NCBI GenBank assembly: GCA_002633005.1
Contig: NMRA01000171.1
Location: 1 to 64,000, forward strand
Source: Phoronis australis
Taxonomy: Eukaryota > Animalia > Phoronida
Direction: 5' to 3'
DNA length: 64,000 nucleotides
A program made the position numbers and the translations under genes. The stretch's first letter is position 1; each line of letters starts with the position of its first letter. The notes below the pieces were generated by a model, which saw nothing but the letters and a program-made list of their open reading frames with translations, searched no databases and was not told the origin of the DNA. This document shows positions 12,316 to 24,404 of this stretch, in pieces.

Positions 12316-15300
12316 CTGAAAAATAGAAAACAAAGTTGAATAAAATCATCCTGATTAGAAGTTAAGTGTCCTTGTACTATCAGAAGTCTAATGCACCACC
12401 ATCAGACGTCTTACCAACTACGTGAATGCTGGTCAGACAGCTGGGCCTGGAGTCTAATCTTTGTACTCAGAATCAAAAGTATTTTTCAAATTTTCTGTTC
12501 TACGTTTGTGCAAAGTCAAGACAAATGTTTATTATTATGTGCTCGAGTACACTTTGGTTTGCGTGAATGGCTGTCTAATTCCGGCTTGCACTTGATGACC
12601 CCAGCATCATAGTTCAAACCTAGGGGTCACCAAGTACGAACTCTGACTAGATATTCACCACCGGAAACCATAACATATTCAAACAGAAAATCAATTGCAT
12701 CAGTTTTTGGCCAAAATAAGATAAAAAAAAAACAGAGAATCGCCACAAAAATGAAAAAGTTCATATTGATTCGACATTTCGTCTATTCATTATACATCAT
12801 CAGGTTATAAACAATAAGACATCAAGTGTCGACATACGAGTCAGATTACATTCATGAAATGAAATGAGTGTAGCAACAATGACAGGAACTAGTAACTGGG
12901 TCATCACTATAGCTGAGCTCTGCATGTTCTTCGGAGAACCAGGTGCATGCTGGTCCCGAATGGTCAATGACTCTTTAATGTAAAGAAAATCAGTCAGTTA
13001 TCTTGAGTTTGGTAGAACTGAAAATGTCACACTTTCGAGTTTGATTTCGAGTGCAAAGGTTGGACCCCATCCATGATCTGCTTTCTCATCAACCACTCCC
13101 TAATCTGACAGCAAATCTGAGTCAGGAGGCGAACTTCCAATGGCGTATTTTGTGGTTAGGGTGTGTTCACCCAATGGTGATTGCGTGTCACTGGCCAGAA
13201 TGTTACGTTAAAATCTCACCAATTTCCAACACAATATGGCTGACAAATGAAATTTTATGTTTTTACCATTTAAAATAAGTTCCGGTAGCACAAAATAAAT
13301 GCTTTATAGTCATTTTTTAAAGGTTTCTACAATACCTACCTTCAGACAATGTTTCTTAGAAATTGTGGACATTCGAGACAATGTTATCTAAAGCTTTTGA
13401 AAAAAGCCAATTTTGGCATTTATTTTTGACCACAATTGGTGAGATTTTACAATACATAAAATTTTGTGCTATACGCCACAACATTAGCATTTTGAACACC
13501 TCATTATGCTAATTCACAACAGGCCAGATTTGGTGACTTTTTACGGCCAATCTGCCATCGTGTCGGATGTCCATCTGATTGAATTTCCACATATGATCAA
13601 ATTGTATAAGTACCGTAATCGTTCGGGTTAACGCCCATGCTCAGTTAACCGCCCATCCCCGACTTTAAGTGGATTTTCGATTTAACCGCCCACTGCTCGG
13701 TTAACCGCCCTCCCCCGATTTTTTGGATTCGCCAATTTAACCGCCCAGGGCGTTAACCCGAACGATTACGGTAGATAACAAGGTACATGTGGTCAACGCA
13801 ACTCGTGGTCAATGAGAAATTTGAAATTCTCTGAGTGGCATCACATGAATAAATGGATGCATTCAGTAACTTTCAGAAGTTTCTATTCTTATCCCACTGA
13901 CACCCTCAGTCAGGTAAACAACTTCTCGTTTCAATCAATATCATAGTAAAATCTCATCAATTTAGGACATAAGATGGTAAAAAACTGTAATTTAACGTTT
14001 TTCCATTTTTCATAATCGAGCCCTAAATAAATAGTCTATACCATAACTACTAGCAGATAACCAGTTGCAATAGTGTGGCCATTCGTGCAACAAGGTCAGG
14101 AGCCTTCGGAAGAGGAATTCTGGCAATTATTTTTGTCCAAAATCCATGAGATGTTACAGAAACACGTTACACAAAGGTCATTTTCTTCTGCTGGACCATC
14201 CAGTGAATATCGAGTGACCCATTTCTGATTTAGCACCTGATTATTGTCATTACCTAATCATAAATTGTGACGATGGTATAAAATGGAATTTCATTTTTGC
14301 TCACATTAACATTCCTGTTCAACTTAACTCCCACCACACTGATTTTCCAAAATGTTCCTGTCAATAGGGCCATCCAAAATTACACAGTGGTAGAACTCTC
14401 CTTTGGAGATAAGAAAGTGCGTGACCTCGTTTTGGAAATCAGGCTCATTTTTGTGTATCTCATTGATGTCAGGAAGGCGAAGAATTTCAGATCACATCAT
14501 TCACGAGTATTTGTCCACTTTATCAAACTTTTCTCAGCCGACAGCACAGCAGTTATACTTTGTTGCCATGCTGTATATTAGCCTTTGGCTAAAGTATGTT
14601 TTTATATCGTATTTTAGCCTCCATAATTCTACATAAATAAAGTATTATTATAATAAAGTAATGGGATGAAGAAAAACTTAGACAACAGCAAGTAACATGG
14701 GAAGCTCTAGTGGCATGAAAATGAGGCAGCAAATGTGCTTGACGGATGTTTATGGTATTGAGGGTAAATACTGCAACATTAGAATATTGCTGAGTAATCA
14801 GGGACAGCACTATTGCCCAAGCTTGTACCCCACAACTTAATTGCACTTCTTGCTCCTACAAGCACCAAAATATTTGTGAATATTCATTTCAGTGCCAAAA
14901 GCACACAGTTTGCTTGCTTATCAATGCAAAAGCTTGACTTCTGATTTTGAGTTTTCAATTAAAATGCCCTGGGATCAAATTTGGCCGAATACTATACACT
15001 GGCTTCCTGTCTTTCCATACTTTCACGTAAGAAAATGAAACATGAAAAGTGAGCTGTGCACCAAATGCAACATGATTTCAAAACAAACTACAATAACCGA
15101 GTGATTATGCCTCAGTTTCGCAATTTAAGAATATATACGTGAAGTCATAACAACTCAGCAGTTGCTTTGAGTTTTGATTTCCTGTATCAAATTTTAGTTA
15201 CAAGAAACTTTTTAAAGTGAAAACATCAGCCCAAGACATGGTATCATTTATACAGCATTTTGAAGTTCTAAAACACCACATTTTTGTATACAAAATACAA

Positions 15301-17474
15301 ACTGCTGGGCATTAAACTGGTGTCACTAGCAGCGTGAACAGCTTAGGAGAGGTGAGCTATAATAAAAAGTACTTACAAGAACCTCCACAAAAGGCACAGT
15401 AACAGAGACTGGTAAAGACACCTTCAAAGACTCGTTGGAAAGACCAAACATTTGGCAAGCTGTTGGCAACAGGAAACTAATAAACGTCAAGCTATCCAAG
15501 GTTGGCTTTATAAGACGCGTATATTTTTCAACTTGAGTAAACCTCGCCTCACGCAGTGTATTGCATGCAACAGCACAAGAAACTTGAATAACAACATTTC
15601 CAGTGATTTTAGATGCATTTGTCATCCAATCCCTGTAAAAACTTTCCTTGCTGTGGTCGCTGCTCACTAGAGACGCAACGAAGCCAGAGTTCTTCCACTG
15701 GGACAGAAGAATCACAACCAGAAACAGCAAGTGGTTGTAGAGAAGAACAAGGTATATAGTTCCCAACGTCACAACAACAGCAGATATGATGAAGCCTGGA
15801 AAATATTGGTAAAGACAAAAACACATAATCAATCCTCATTCAGAATATTCACATAAGCCTAGAGACCTGTCCCCATCAGGGCAACCATTTCTATTGCCAA
15901 AAAACATGGTCTGGAAAAGGACGAGTTAATGTTGCATGACAAAATCCTTAAATTCAAATGCATTTCTATTCAATACATAAAATGACAAGTTGTGACAAGC
16001 AACTTGTGAGCTTGGCCTCAAGCACTAATGAACTGTCAGTCAATTCAAGGCCTGAGAAAAAAATGAATTTGACTAAGGAACAATTTGAGACCAGTTTCAT
16101 AATGGAGTGCAGTCTAAAACAAATCTATTTTTTTAAATAGAAGGATAGTTGATAGCTACAATGGTTCACTGTTTCAGCAAGTATTTCTTTGTGGGTTTTC
16201 AGCATGTTTCCACTTAGAAGTTATCTCCAGCTCCCACAGATAAGCTTCAGTTGCCAAGTTAATCAGAGGAAATTTTATGAACATGCAGCGTACGACTACA
16301 CCACCTTAAGTTGGTGAATGACACGTTGTGAGCTTGTTAGTGATATCTATTTAGTTGTAAGTTTACGACAAAATAAATGTCATGTTAGCTGATCAGTTTT
16401 AAAAGTAATTCTACTACATGTTCATAATAAATGGGTACTTTATAAGATGAGATCACAACAACTTTCAAATGGGGGCTACTGATGCCATAGACAGTACCAT
16501 AGTATTCATGTTCACAGGCACCCCATATGATGGAAGCTTTTAGGCAAACTAAGTCTCACACTAATTAAACAAAAACAGTCATAATGTTATAAGCATGACG
16601 TCATATCCCCTGGCAGTGTAAAATTAGCCAGCTGCTGATTTGGGCTACTGAACAAAAAACGTTTGATTGAAGGAATATTAGATCAAGCTGGGATGAGTCA
16701 AAGACATCAACAGCCTCCTAAATTGTCCTTCTATGCATAAAAAGTACTTATAGCAACATGACGTTCAATGATTAAATCAGTGTGAGGCATAATTCATTAA
16801 AAAGCTTATGGCGTTGCCTATGGGATAAGCACTGCCTAAACTGAGCCAGTTGAGACTGTGGTTCTGTCCACTGATGAGAGTGTGTCAGTGTGTGAATATG
16901 CATGTGGCGCTCTAGACAATACCAAGTTCTTAAACAGAGCTGAAGGGCCATCGAAGGCCTTGCCACTGATTGGTGAAATGGGCATAAAACAAAAGAATGG
17001 AAGGAAAACTGTTAATACAAACCAAATCAAATTCCCCTGACATATCCTAACAATTATATTTTGTGTGATATGTATGACGTAACTCTACACTTTCACTATT
17101 AAGTATACGCCTGTATACGGACTTCTGGCCTAGCGCCGCCTAGGGTATGCGCACAAGCATGTATTACCAATTTGGCGATGACAGCCTAGAACTGCATAAA
17201 CTGACAATCCTTATTAAACCAATAATTGGCGTGTACTTGTCCAAAAAGTCCAGCTTGCGCTGGCAGAAACTGGATGAAGAAGATTACCTATAGCAAACAG
17301 GAAACCCCAGAGAATCATCCATGCCATTCCATCACAAGGTAAACCGAGATATTTTAGCACAAGGGCGTCGTTAGCAACAGTTAAAATGCCATCCATGACG
17401 AAAAGTGGAGGCACACGTAACATAACATCAAGCAAAATTATCCTGATGTCGTCCCGGTTAGACGCACCACTCAT
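11053..17474 (-). CDS. RNF139: TRC8/RNF139-like ER-membrane RING-H2 E3 ubiquitin ligase, whole CDS span (3 coding exons, 622 aa)
   Basis: Exons 17474-17288, 15795-15377, 12315-11053 join in frame (187+419+1263 nt); N-terminal LDVMLRVPPLFVMD, many TM helices, LQTGLT motif, HAYFNIW, RING-H2 CAICFHE...CRHYFHSNCLRKWLYQQDKCPLCH. Confidence 0.9.
13209..13449. mobile_element. Probable MITE remnant in RNF139 intron
   Basis: Perfect 16-bp inverted repeat taaaatctcaccaatt at 13209-13224 and 13434-13449. Confidence 0.4.
13613..13771. mobile_element. 159-bp Tc1/mariner-type MITE in RNF139 intron
   Basis: Perfect 24-bp TIR ccgtaatcgttcgggttaacgccc, TA on both sides (13611-12, 13772-73), four internal ttaaccgccc repeats. 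Confidence 0.9.
15377..15795 (-). CDS. RNF139: RNF139/TRC8 coding exon 2
   Basis: Acceptor tattttccag|GC (phase 1), donor CTT|gtaagt (phase 0); hydrophobic TM segments. Confidence 0.8.
17288..17474 (-). CDS. RNF139: RNF139/TRC8 coding exon 1
   Basis: ATG at 17474, LDVMLRVPPLFVMD motif, donor ATAG|gtaatc. Probable upstream acceptor at 17589/17588 implies a 5' UTR exon (candidate donor near 18278). Confidence 0.85.
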
Positions 17475-19429
17475 GACTATTGCTGACACTGACAGTTCCG
17501 TTTTCGATTTTCCATCAACACCTGATTACCGGAAATAGCCTTATGCGCATACTCGAAACCGGAGACGGGTTCCACAAACGCTAGAATCCTGCAAAATTAT
17601 AAAATCATGTATAATTACACGTGATATTGCTATCCGTTGAAAGTATCACACCTGACCAAACTAACTGTAGTAGCAAAATGTTTGTTGCTACAGAACTTAG
17701 CCTGGCTACTCGTTCTTTCGCAGCGTCCTCACGTGGCCACTGATGGTATTATGACCGGGCCAGTTAGTTGCACTGGAAGGTGTATACATCTGCATCCAGA
17801 ATGAGTGATCCTCAAAAGCCGCACGTCAAAACTTCCAAAATGAGCGGCTTTACAGAATAAACCAGCTCGAGAGCTCCTCGACTTCTCTGTGTAAAAATTC
17901 TTGCTGGAGTTCACTCGAAAATGAAGATAAATCTTTCATGGACATACAAGGAAGTCACGCCCATTTCTAAAGATAGGCAGGAAATTTCATCGCTCGTCCT
18001 TCTGAGCGGCTTGTACCAGGATCAAAGAGAGCGCGGCGCCGGAATCAGGTACAATTGTGATGACCGCAATGCCCGATACGAGCAAGACCCAATTAAATGT
18101 AATTATCCGACCCGGCATAAACTGTATTGAAACAGTTATGACTGTGCATTGGCGAATTTTCAAAATGCATTAACCACTAATTTTCGTTATAAACGAACAC
18201 CGGTATTCAGCTGAAAAAAACAACCAAGCGCGGTTTTCGATTTTTAAAAACCGATGAACTAATAATCTAAAAACTTACAACGTACCCGCCGTTGGGTACT
18301 ATTGAAGAGATAAACTACCGCGCGTATTGATATACTCGGTGGATATACAAACGCTGATGAGAGTTAACATTATCTCATGGATTCATTTTTAAATATTCTT
18401 TCAATCTCGTTTAGCCATATTTTTTACCAGGAAACAGTTGTTGTGCCCACTTAGCATTTTTTATTACTGACAAAGAGCTAGAATAGCTATATAGTCAGTG
18501 CCACCGAAATTGTCTAGAGATTCCAAATCTTCAGTTTGGTTATCACCATATTTGCACTTTGCATATATTTATGATTGGAGTTCTAATAAAGATTAAACTT
18601 TAATGACACGTGAAATGTTTATTGTACCTGTAATGTACAGTTTAGGGATGGACTCACAATGAACTTAACTAATTAGGTTTAGCTGGCGATCAAAATCCTA
18701 CCGCTGTTGTGGTACTCAAGTTTAAAAGTTAGATAAAAAGTTATCAACCCGTTTCCGGTAAGAAAAAAAAAGTGGGCAGAAGCATTAAAAATTAAATATA
18801 GAAAACCAATATGAAGGTTATCGTTCCTTTGGGAAGTGGCCCTTTGCGAAGATAAACACAAGTTAACCTTTTTAGTCATTTCGTAATATTTATAATGTAC
18901 CAAGTTAAAATTACTCTCCAGAGTTGCAGGCTAAAACTCTGCAAATGTCAGAGAAAACCAAAATGGGGATACTAACAACAACCATTGTTGAGACAGTAAT
19001 GCTAGCAATTACCTTTCCACTTCATTAGCTCAGATCTACATCAATACAAAGGGCGTGCTGAATAGGCATCGTAAAAGTTGTCTGGGGCTTAGGAAATCAG
19101 AGCGGTCACCAGTGAAGTCCAAATTCCGATAAAATGCTTATTAACAAACGGAGAAAACACGACACCTCGGTTACCATTGTTTATTCATTGTTGATGAAAA
19201 CCTCTACCCGGTGTCGAAAGTAGTTCCACCCGGGTTTCAGCAATCCTAATTGAAGCCTGGGAGATGATATTAGCCTGCTTAATTTGTTATCATACGGGAC
19301 AAAAGACTGTGCTGGGCAGTTAACGGGAGCCAGATGTTATCGCACGCTTGATGCACCCCGGCCTCACGTCTGGAAAAATTGCTGAACGACACAACGCCGT
19401 CATGGCATCACCGAGGAACGGATCCCAGC

Positions 19430-19850
19430 GGCCCGTTATCTTAATAAAGTCGCACGCTCGGCGTAGCTTACCCGATAGCCTAAGCGTGAACGCCAGCCTT
19501 TCTTAGACTCAGAATTCGGTGGGTAGGCCTTCACCAGTACTGAATCTTTTGCAATTTTCAGTTTTCTTAACTCTTCAAAATCTTGTTTGTGTATGATTTT
19601 GCACACAAACTCAAACGATCGACCTCGTTTCATTACAGCAGACTTTTGGTGCTAGTTGTGAGAGCCAGTAGTTCTTGAAAATTGCAGATTCTGTGGTTGC
19701 ACGCTAAAACCGAACGCGTATGAACACTGGCAAACCCAGAGTGGGTTGGTAATCCGTTTGGACAGAATATATTTTTTAACTTCTGTTGTAGTTGGGCGAT
19801 TTTGGTGATTCAAAAACAAAACATGGTCAGCATTTGACAAGGAATTCAGA
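19430..19850 (-). pseudogene. Possible non-LTR retrotransposon ORF1 remnant
   Basis: Two adjacent short ORFs (LFLNHQNRPTTTEVKKYI; RSFEFVCK) loosely resemble LINE ORF1 RRM-like regions; weak. Confidence 0.2.
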
Positions 19851-21124
19851 AATGCTATTGGTTAATGTTCAAACATTATATAATTTTACTTTCACTTTTA
19901 GCAGCACAGCCCGGAGTCAGGCTAGATACGATCTGATCGGAGATTGAACAAAAGAGAGCCGGCCCTCCAACCATAAATGCTAGAATGGGAGTTAATCAGT
20001 CGTGTAAGATATTGGCTACAAGGGTGATCTTCCTAACTTGTTGTTGGGCTATAGAATCGAACAAGTTGGGAGCAACGGGAAAACGCCGTAATGCAGGAAA
20101 TAAACGAATGTTCTGTTTCGTTATGACGAGACTCTCGAACGCTCACGAACTATGGTGATCTCAGCACATATAGTCTATTATTAAAAGTGACAATAAATAC
20201 TTAGGAATCTCTTATTAAGCTGAATCACAATTGTTGGGCTACCGTGTGTCGCAAAAATTGAAAAACGTATCATCTGAAAACGTTTTCACGGAACCAAAAC
20301 GTACACCGTGGTGAAAACATACTACAAAACCCCGCAGTTCCCCGAGAAACCAGAAGAATACTGAAATGCACAAATAAGCTGGCCTGGTCCGTCGTGAGAC
20401 CAAAAGTACACTTTGCAAAGTATCTGAATTGACAACTATTCCCTACACTTTTTGATCACCGGGTTTATTTTATGTCTCATTGCCCGCGCATTGATAAAAA
20501 CTTGAGCACATTCAGTCAAACAAGATACACTCGCAGAACACATGCCTTGGGTTGCTGTGGGGAAAGCACTTTAGTTGACGACTATAGTGACTGTTTTGTA
20601 ATAAATGCATGGCCATCAGTGATACAGCAACCCTAAGTTCAGTCCTCAGACATAGTAGCCCTCAAATGTGTCTTCACACGCCTGCCTGATCTCTCTGTTT
20701 CACAGGAACCCGCATTATAGGGGATACACATCCTATCACTGTCAGCTCCCTGACTTTTGGGAAAATGTCACTGTCCGAGTGCGGGGTAGAGTGTGGAACG
20801 CAACTTAAAGGCGAAGGCAACCTTTTTCCATTTCATTTTGAGCTAAAATAAGGTTGGTTGGTTATCCTAGACATATTTCCCACTTAATTACAGCTTTTCG
20901 TAATTTTATAAATTACTCGTCCGCTACTCCGGAAGTGACGTTTTAGGAGGCAAGCGTTTCCCGCCACTTGGTTTGGCGTTGACTTTACCGTGCGAATCTG
21001 TTCTATTCTACTTTTGTTTTGTGCTGTTTTTCAACAATTGTCGCCACCACTTTCCATCGGCGAGTATTCTGCGGCAAGATAGGTTAGTAGAGAACTCAAC
21101 TACGTTGGATTTAGGGATTGTTTA

Positions 21125-21538
21125 GTGTGTTGTAAGCTGAAAGTGGCTGGAGTCGGTGACCCGTATCACACTGACAGGAGTGTGAGTGACGGAGACCTTG
21201 TTCACAGCAGTGGTGACGAGGAATTTTTTCAAGGACATTCAGTGGGTGGGTACATGTTTGAGCCCGAGTACAACCAGGCAGAGTACGCACAGGCACAGGC
21301 AGCTGTTGAGAGAAACGAGGCGGCTACTGAGGACAGACGTGGTGACACATCTTGGTGCACATGCACTGTGTGCGTTGTTATGCCTACCTCAATGGAATGC
21401 TTGTGCTGTTCAGAGTTCGACGAGGCCAAGCCACTACTGGATATGGTTAAGTGGACCTCCGGCATACCACGGACAGAGGAACAACTGTCCCACTTGCCAG
21501 AGTGTCCCGCGACACACTCCCACTGGATGGTGACCTGA
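21125..21538 (+). CDS. Truncated KolX-like protein (P2X7 C-terminal Cys-rich / nanor-like zinc-binding domain)
   Basis: Acidic N-terminus, YMFEPEY, then WCTCTVCVVMPTSMECLCCSE; similarity stops near 21435. Start uncertain (GTG 21143 or ATG 21254). Confidence 0.7.
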   Translation: MCCKLKVAGVGDPYHTDRSVSDGDLVHSSGDEEFFQGHSVGGYMFEPEYNQAEYAQAQAAVERNEAATEDRRGDTSWCTCTVCVVMPTSMECLCCSEFDEAKPLLDMVKWTSGIPRTEEQLSHLPECPATHSHWMVT

Positions 21539-22236
21539 GCACCCAAACTGCTTACACCGTGTCGTGTGACTCCCTCGCCACACACCTGGCACCTTCTAAA
21601 TAGCGCCAACACTTTAGACAAGTCCACAATAAACTTATCAAAGTTTGGCTCACCGATCTGTTCACTGGACGACGAACTGTCCTCTTCACTGGGTGTCGAA
21701 CTGAGCCTGTAATCACTCCCACTACTCAATATCGCTGCAGGGCTGCTTAGAGGCTCTGGGCTGGAGAAAACAGCACAGGGCGAATCACTACTGGTTCCAG
21801 GAATTGCACGCTCTGGGGTACGTTCGGAGGCACGGGTGACAGTAGATGAAGTGCCTCCACTGGCTCCAGTCACTGTACTGGCCACAGCTCGCGAGGCTTC
21901 TCGCTTCAAAAACGCACTTCTCGGGGGTGGCGACGGGGCACTGCCGGGAATCAACACAGACGGAATGGCATCCTTCTTCAAGCGTTGTTTCGCGGGGACC
22001 TTCATCAGTTCAGCGTACAAATCCCTTTCGTAATCGGACGGCAGAAAGTGCTTGCCACACACACGGTAATTCTCCACTGCTTTGTACGTTGCGTGGACGG
22101 GTAACGCTGCGTTCTTCACACGAACGAGCCAAGTACGGCGAAGTGTGTCATCCATCGGAAAGCGATGCAAAGGCACTCCCAAAGCGCGCGTGAGCCGATA
22201 ATTACTACATCCCGGTACGCAGCAACAGTGTGGCAT
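21229..22236 (-). CDS. THAP-domain protein, N-terminal part of a Kolobok transposase lacking the DDE core (335 aa)
   Basis: THAP signature CCVPGC...FP...W...VCGKHF...DAIPSV, Ser-rich linker, then KFIV...LFRRCQVCG...C.AGH...W.S...GMP; the last ~68 aa are read antisense to the KolX ORF. Confidence 0.82.
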   Translation of the reverse strand: MPHCCCVPGCSNYRLTRALGVPLHRFPMDDTLRRTWLVRVKNAALPVHATYKAVENYRVCGKHFLPSDYERDLYAELMKVPAKQRLKKDAIPSVLIPGSAPSPPPRSAFLKREASRAVASTVTGASGGTSSTVTRASERTPERAIPGTSSDSPCAVFSSPEPLSSPAAILSSGSDYRLSSTPSEEDSSSSSEQIGEPNFDKFIVDLSKVLALFRRCQVCGEGVTRHGVSSLGAQVTIQWECVAGHSGKWDSCSSVRGMPEVHLTISSSGLASSNSEQHKHSIEVGITTHTVHVHQDVSPRLSSVAASFLSTAACACAYSAWLYSGSNMYPPTECP

Positions 22237-24365
22237 GTTGACTGACTAGTAAATGAAAGCGAACGACGACGGAACTTAACACAACCGAGGTAGAACAATG
22301 ACTGACTCGGCAGCTCTCACAGTCAGACTATGTGAAAAGAAATTGGCGGGAAGCGCTTGCCTCCTAAAACGTCACTTCCGGAGTAGCGGACGAGTAATTA
22401 ATAAAATTACGAAAAGCTGTAATTAAGTGGAAAATATGTCTAGGATAACCAACCAACCTTATTTTAGCTCAAAATGACATGGAAAAAGGTTGCCTTCGCC
22501 TTTAAGCTCAAATTTTTGAGCATTTCAGAAAGACCGCCGGTGTCGGAGCTCTCGCTGAAAAAATAGCAAAAGATATTGATACTTTTTATGGTTCTGCTAT
22601 TGCCGTAGGGCAATTGTAGGCCTAATTGAAGACACAACTCAAAGGGAGTCAGTCACCTTCAGGGAATCTGGTGATTGCAAGTGTATGCCCTCATGCATCC
22701 GATCCCCCAGTGAGCCCAAGTCTGCATACCTCATCCTGCTTAAGGCACAAGAAATGACAGCTTCCACCTGCCAAGCTGTTGTCTTCCGAAAACCTGGTGG
22801 TCAACTGTTGTGATCGACTAGAGGTTGTCTGTGAAGGGTAGTTCCACCTAGACTGTAGTGACATAGATTTTGCGGGTAATACATCTGATAAAGAGCCAAG
22901 TGGAAAACTCCGAAAATAATTTCTATTTCGTTTTCATGATACACAAGCAGCAAAGTTAGAAAACCGACATTATGTACAAAATGTGTTGAATTATAATTCA
23001 TTACCTGCAGGAACGTTAGCCCTCTACTTCTGGTGTATGGACAGCCCGCGAGCAAATTGAATAACGAATGCAATGTTCTAACTCTAACTGTTGTGTCAAT
23101 GACTACTTTTAAGCCTCAACAATGTCAGCCTCTCGTTTTTCGTTGCAGCTTAGGACTAAGTCACTTGAGGTTGTCAAGTCAAATCAAAAACGCAGAAACA
23201 AGCGCAACATATGATTTGACCCGTTCATCCTGTCCTTAAACCTTTCGCTTTTGTCAACAGGACCAATTTGTATCTCTTGCAATTTTCCGAATAGTCCCAG
23301 TCTGAACACTTCAAACCTGAAGTTGTAACAACACCAAATACACGCCTATGGCATGCGTTTCATCAGGTGGGCCCGGCATTCTACGGACATTCCCGATATA
23401 AAGACGGCAATGACGCTTGCGGGTAGAAAACACGGAGGCGGTCAGTGCTGAGGACAGAACTAGGCTCGTCCTTAGGAGGCCTCAGTATTGAACACCGCGC
23501 AAGTCCCGCAAAGCTGAGAAAGTACAGCCTACCTGCAATTTCTGGTACTGGTTCGCGAATGGGGTCACCTTGTCAATAGTGCTATCCCCCTGGGTACTTA
23601 AAACGGACTCACGACCAAACCACAGCACCCGCCACAACGGCCGTTACCATGCCGGCAAAGGACCCAACGAGTTGATCGTTTTTTAAATATACACATTACA
23701 TGTACACAATATTTCCAATGCGTAAGACAATTTTATTATAGGGGCCTACACCAGTCAAATTTAAGTTACAAACGTACGTGTGGACTGTAGGCCTAATAGC
23801 ATGTCAAAGCATGGTAGATGAGGTAAAAGCGTTGCACCTCGATTCACCTGTCAGTGAATATCAGGGTTGCAATACCACAAAATTGTTTCCTAATCATATC
23901 AAAACATTTCTTAGAGTATGAAGACGTTAATGTAAATAAATCAGCTGTAGATATTTGCTTTTTACGTGGTGGACAACTAAAGTGCTTGGCTACTTCAGAA
24001 GTGTCGATGGAAGCGCTCTCACAAACTGAACACCGTGCGATCATTTGCCGATGAGTCACGCAAACTCGAAATGATTACTGCAAATAAATCACGTAGCTTA
24101 CAGTGCAAAGAAATTATATTTTCAGAGTGAACCTCTCAGTTTCTTCGGGGCGGGTTACTTGGGGCTTACGCACGCTGGCGGTGCCATTTTCTTTTTGTCG
24201 GTGACGGTTTTTTTTTCTTTTAATTTTTATATATTGATTCTGTCCCAAGGGGTTCACCCCCTGAACCCCCCCCGCCCGTAGATCGGCCATGAACTGATTG
24301 AAACACTGTCTGAGCAAGCTAGGCTCGATGGGCGGGCTTTTCAAAGCATGTACGCCCCCCCCCCC

Positions 24366-24404
24366 NNNNNNNNNNNNNNNNNNNNNNNNNNNNNNNNNNN
24401 NNNN
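24366..24404. other. Assembly gap (N run) next to a C-rich MITE-like remnant
   Basis: Run of n after a poly-C tract. Confidence 0.99.

Larger units (their letters stand above)
20809..22501. mobile_element. Kolobok DNA transposon, 1693-bp internal-deletion derivative
   Basis: TTAA at 20805-20808 and 22502-22505; termini AG...CT; 158-bp TIRs (20809-20966, 22344-22501) with 4 mismatches; convergent THAP-transposase and KolX-like ORFs. Confidence 0.92.
20281..22604 (+). pseudogene. Candidate decayed spliced gene of unknown family, interrupted by the Kolobok insertion
   Basis: Phase-compatible donor CCGTC|gtgaga (20394) and acceptor tctctctgtttcacag|G (20706); protein-like frame continues after the element; in-frame stops at 20362 and at the TTAA site. 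Confidence 0.3.

Noticed and set aside
11053-12333. Stand-alone 426-aa gene
   Set aside because: The first six codons are the intron acceptor; two upstream exons supply the TRC8 N-terminus
20362-20364. Selenocysteine or readthrough TGA in the cryptic reading frame
   Set aside because: Other pieces carry TAA and TAG stops and I see no SECIS; decay is simpler
21125-21538. Host P2X7 purinoceptor gene
   Set aside because: No TM or ectodomain exons; the Cys-rich piece lies inside transposon TIRs
20805-22505. piggyBac or P-element assignment
   Set aside because: TTAA fits piggyBac but the ends are AG...CT rather than CC...GG; THAP plus KolX and TTAA rather than an 8-bp TSD point to Kolobok
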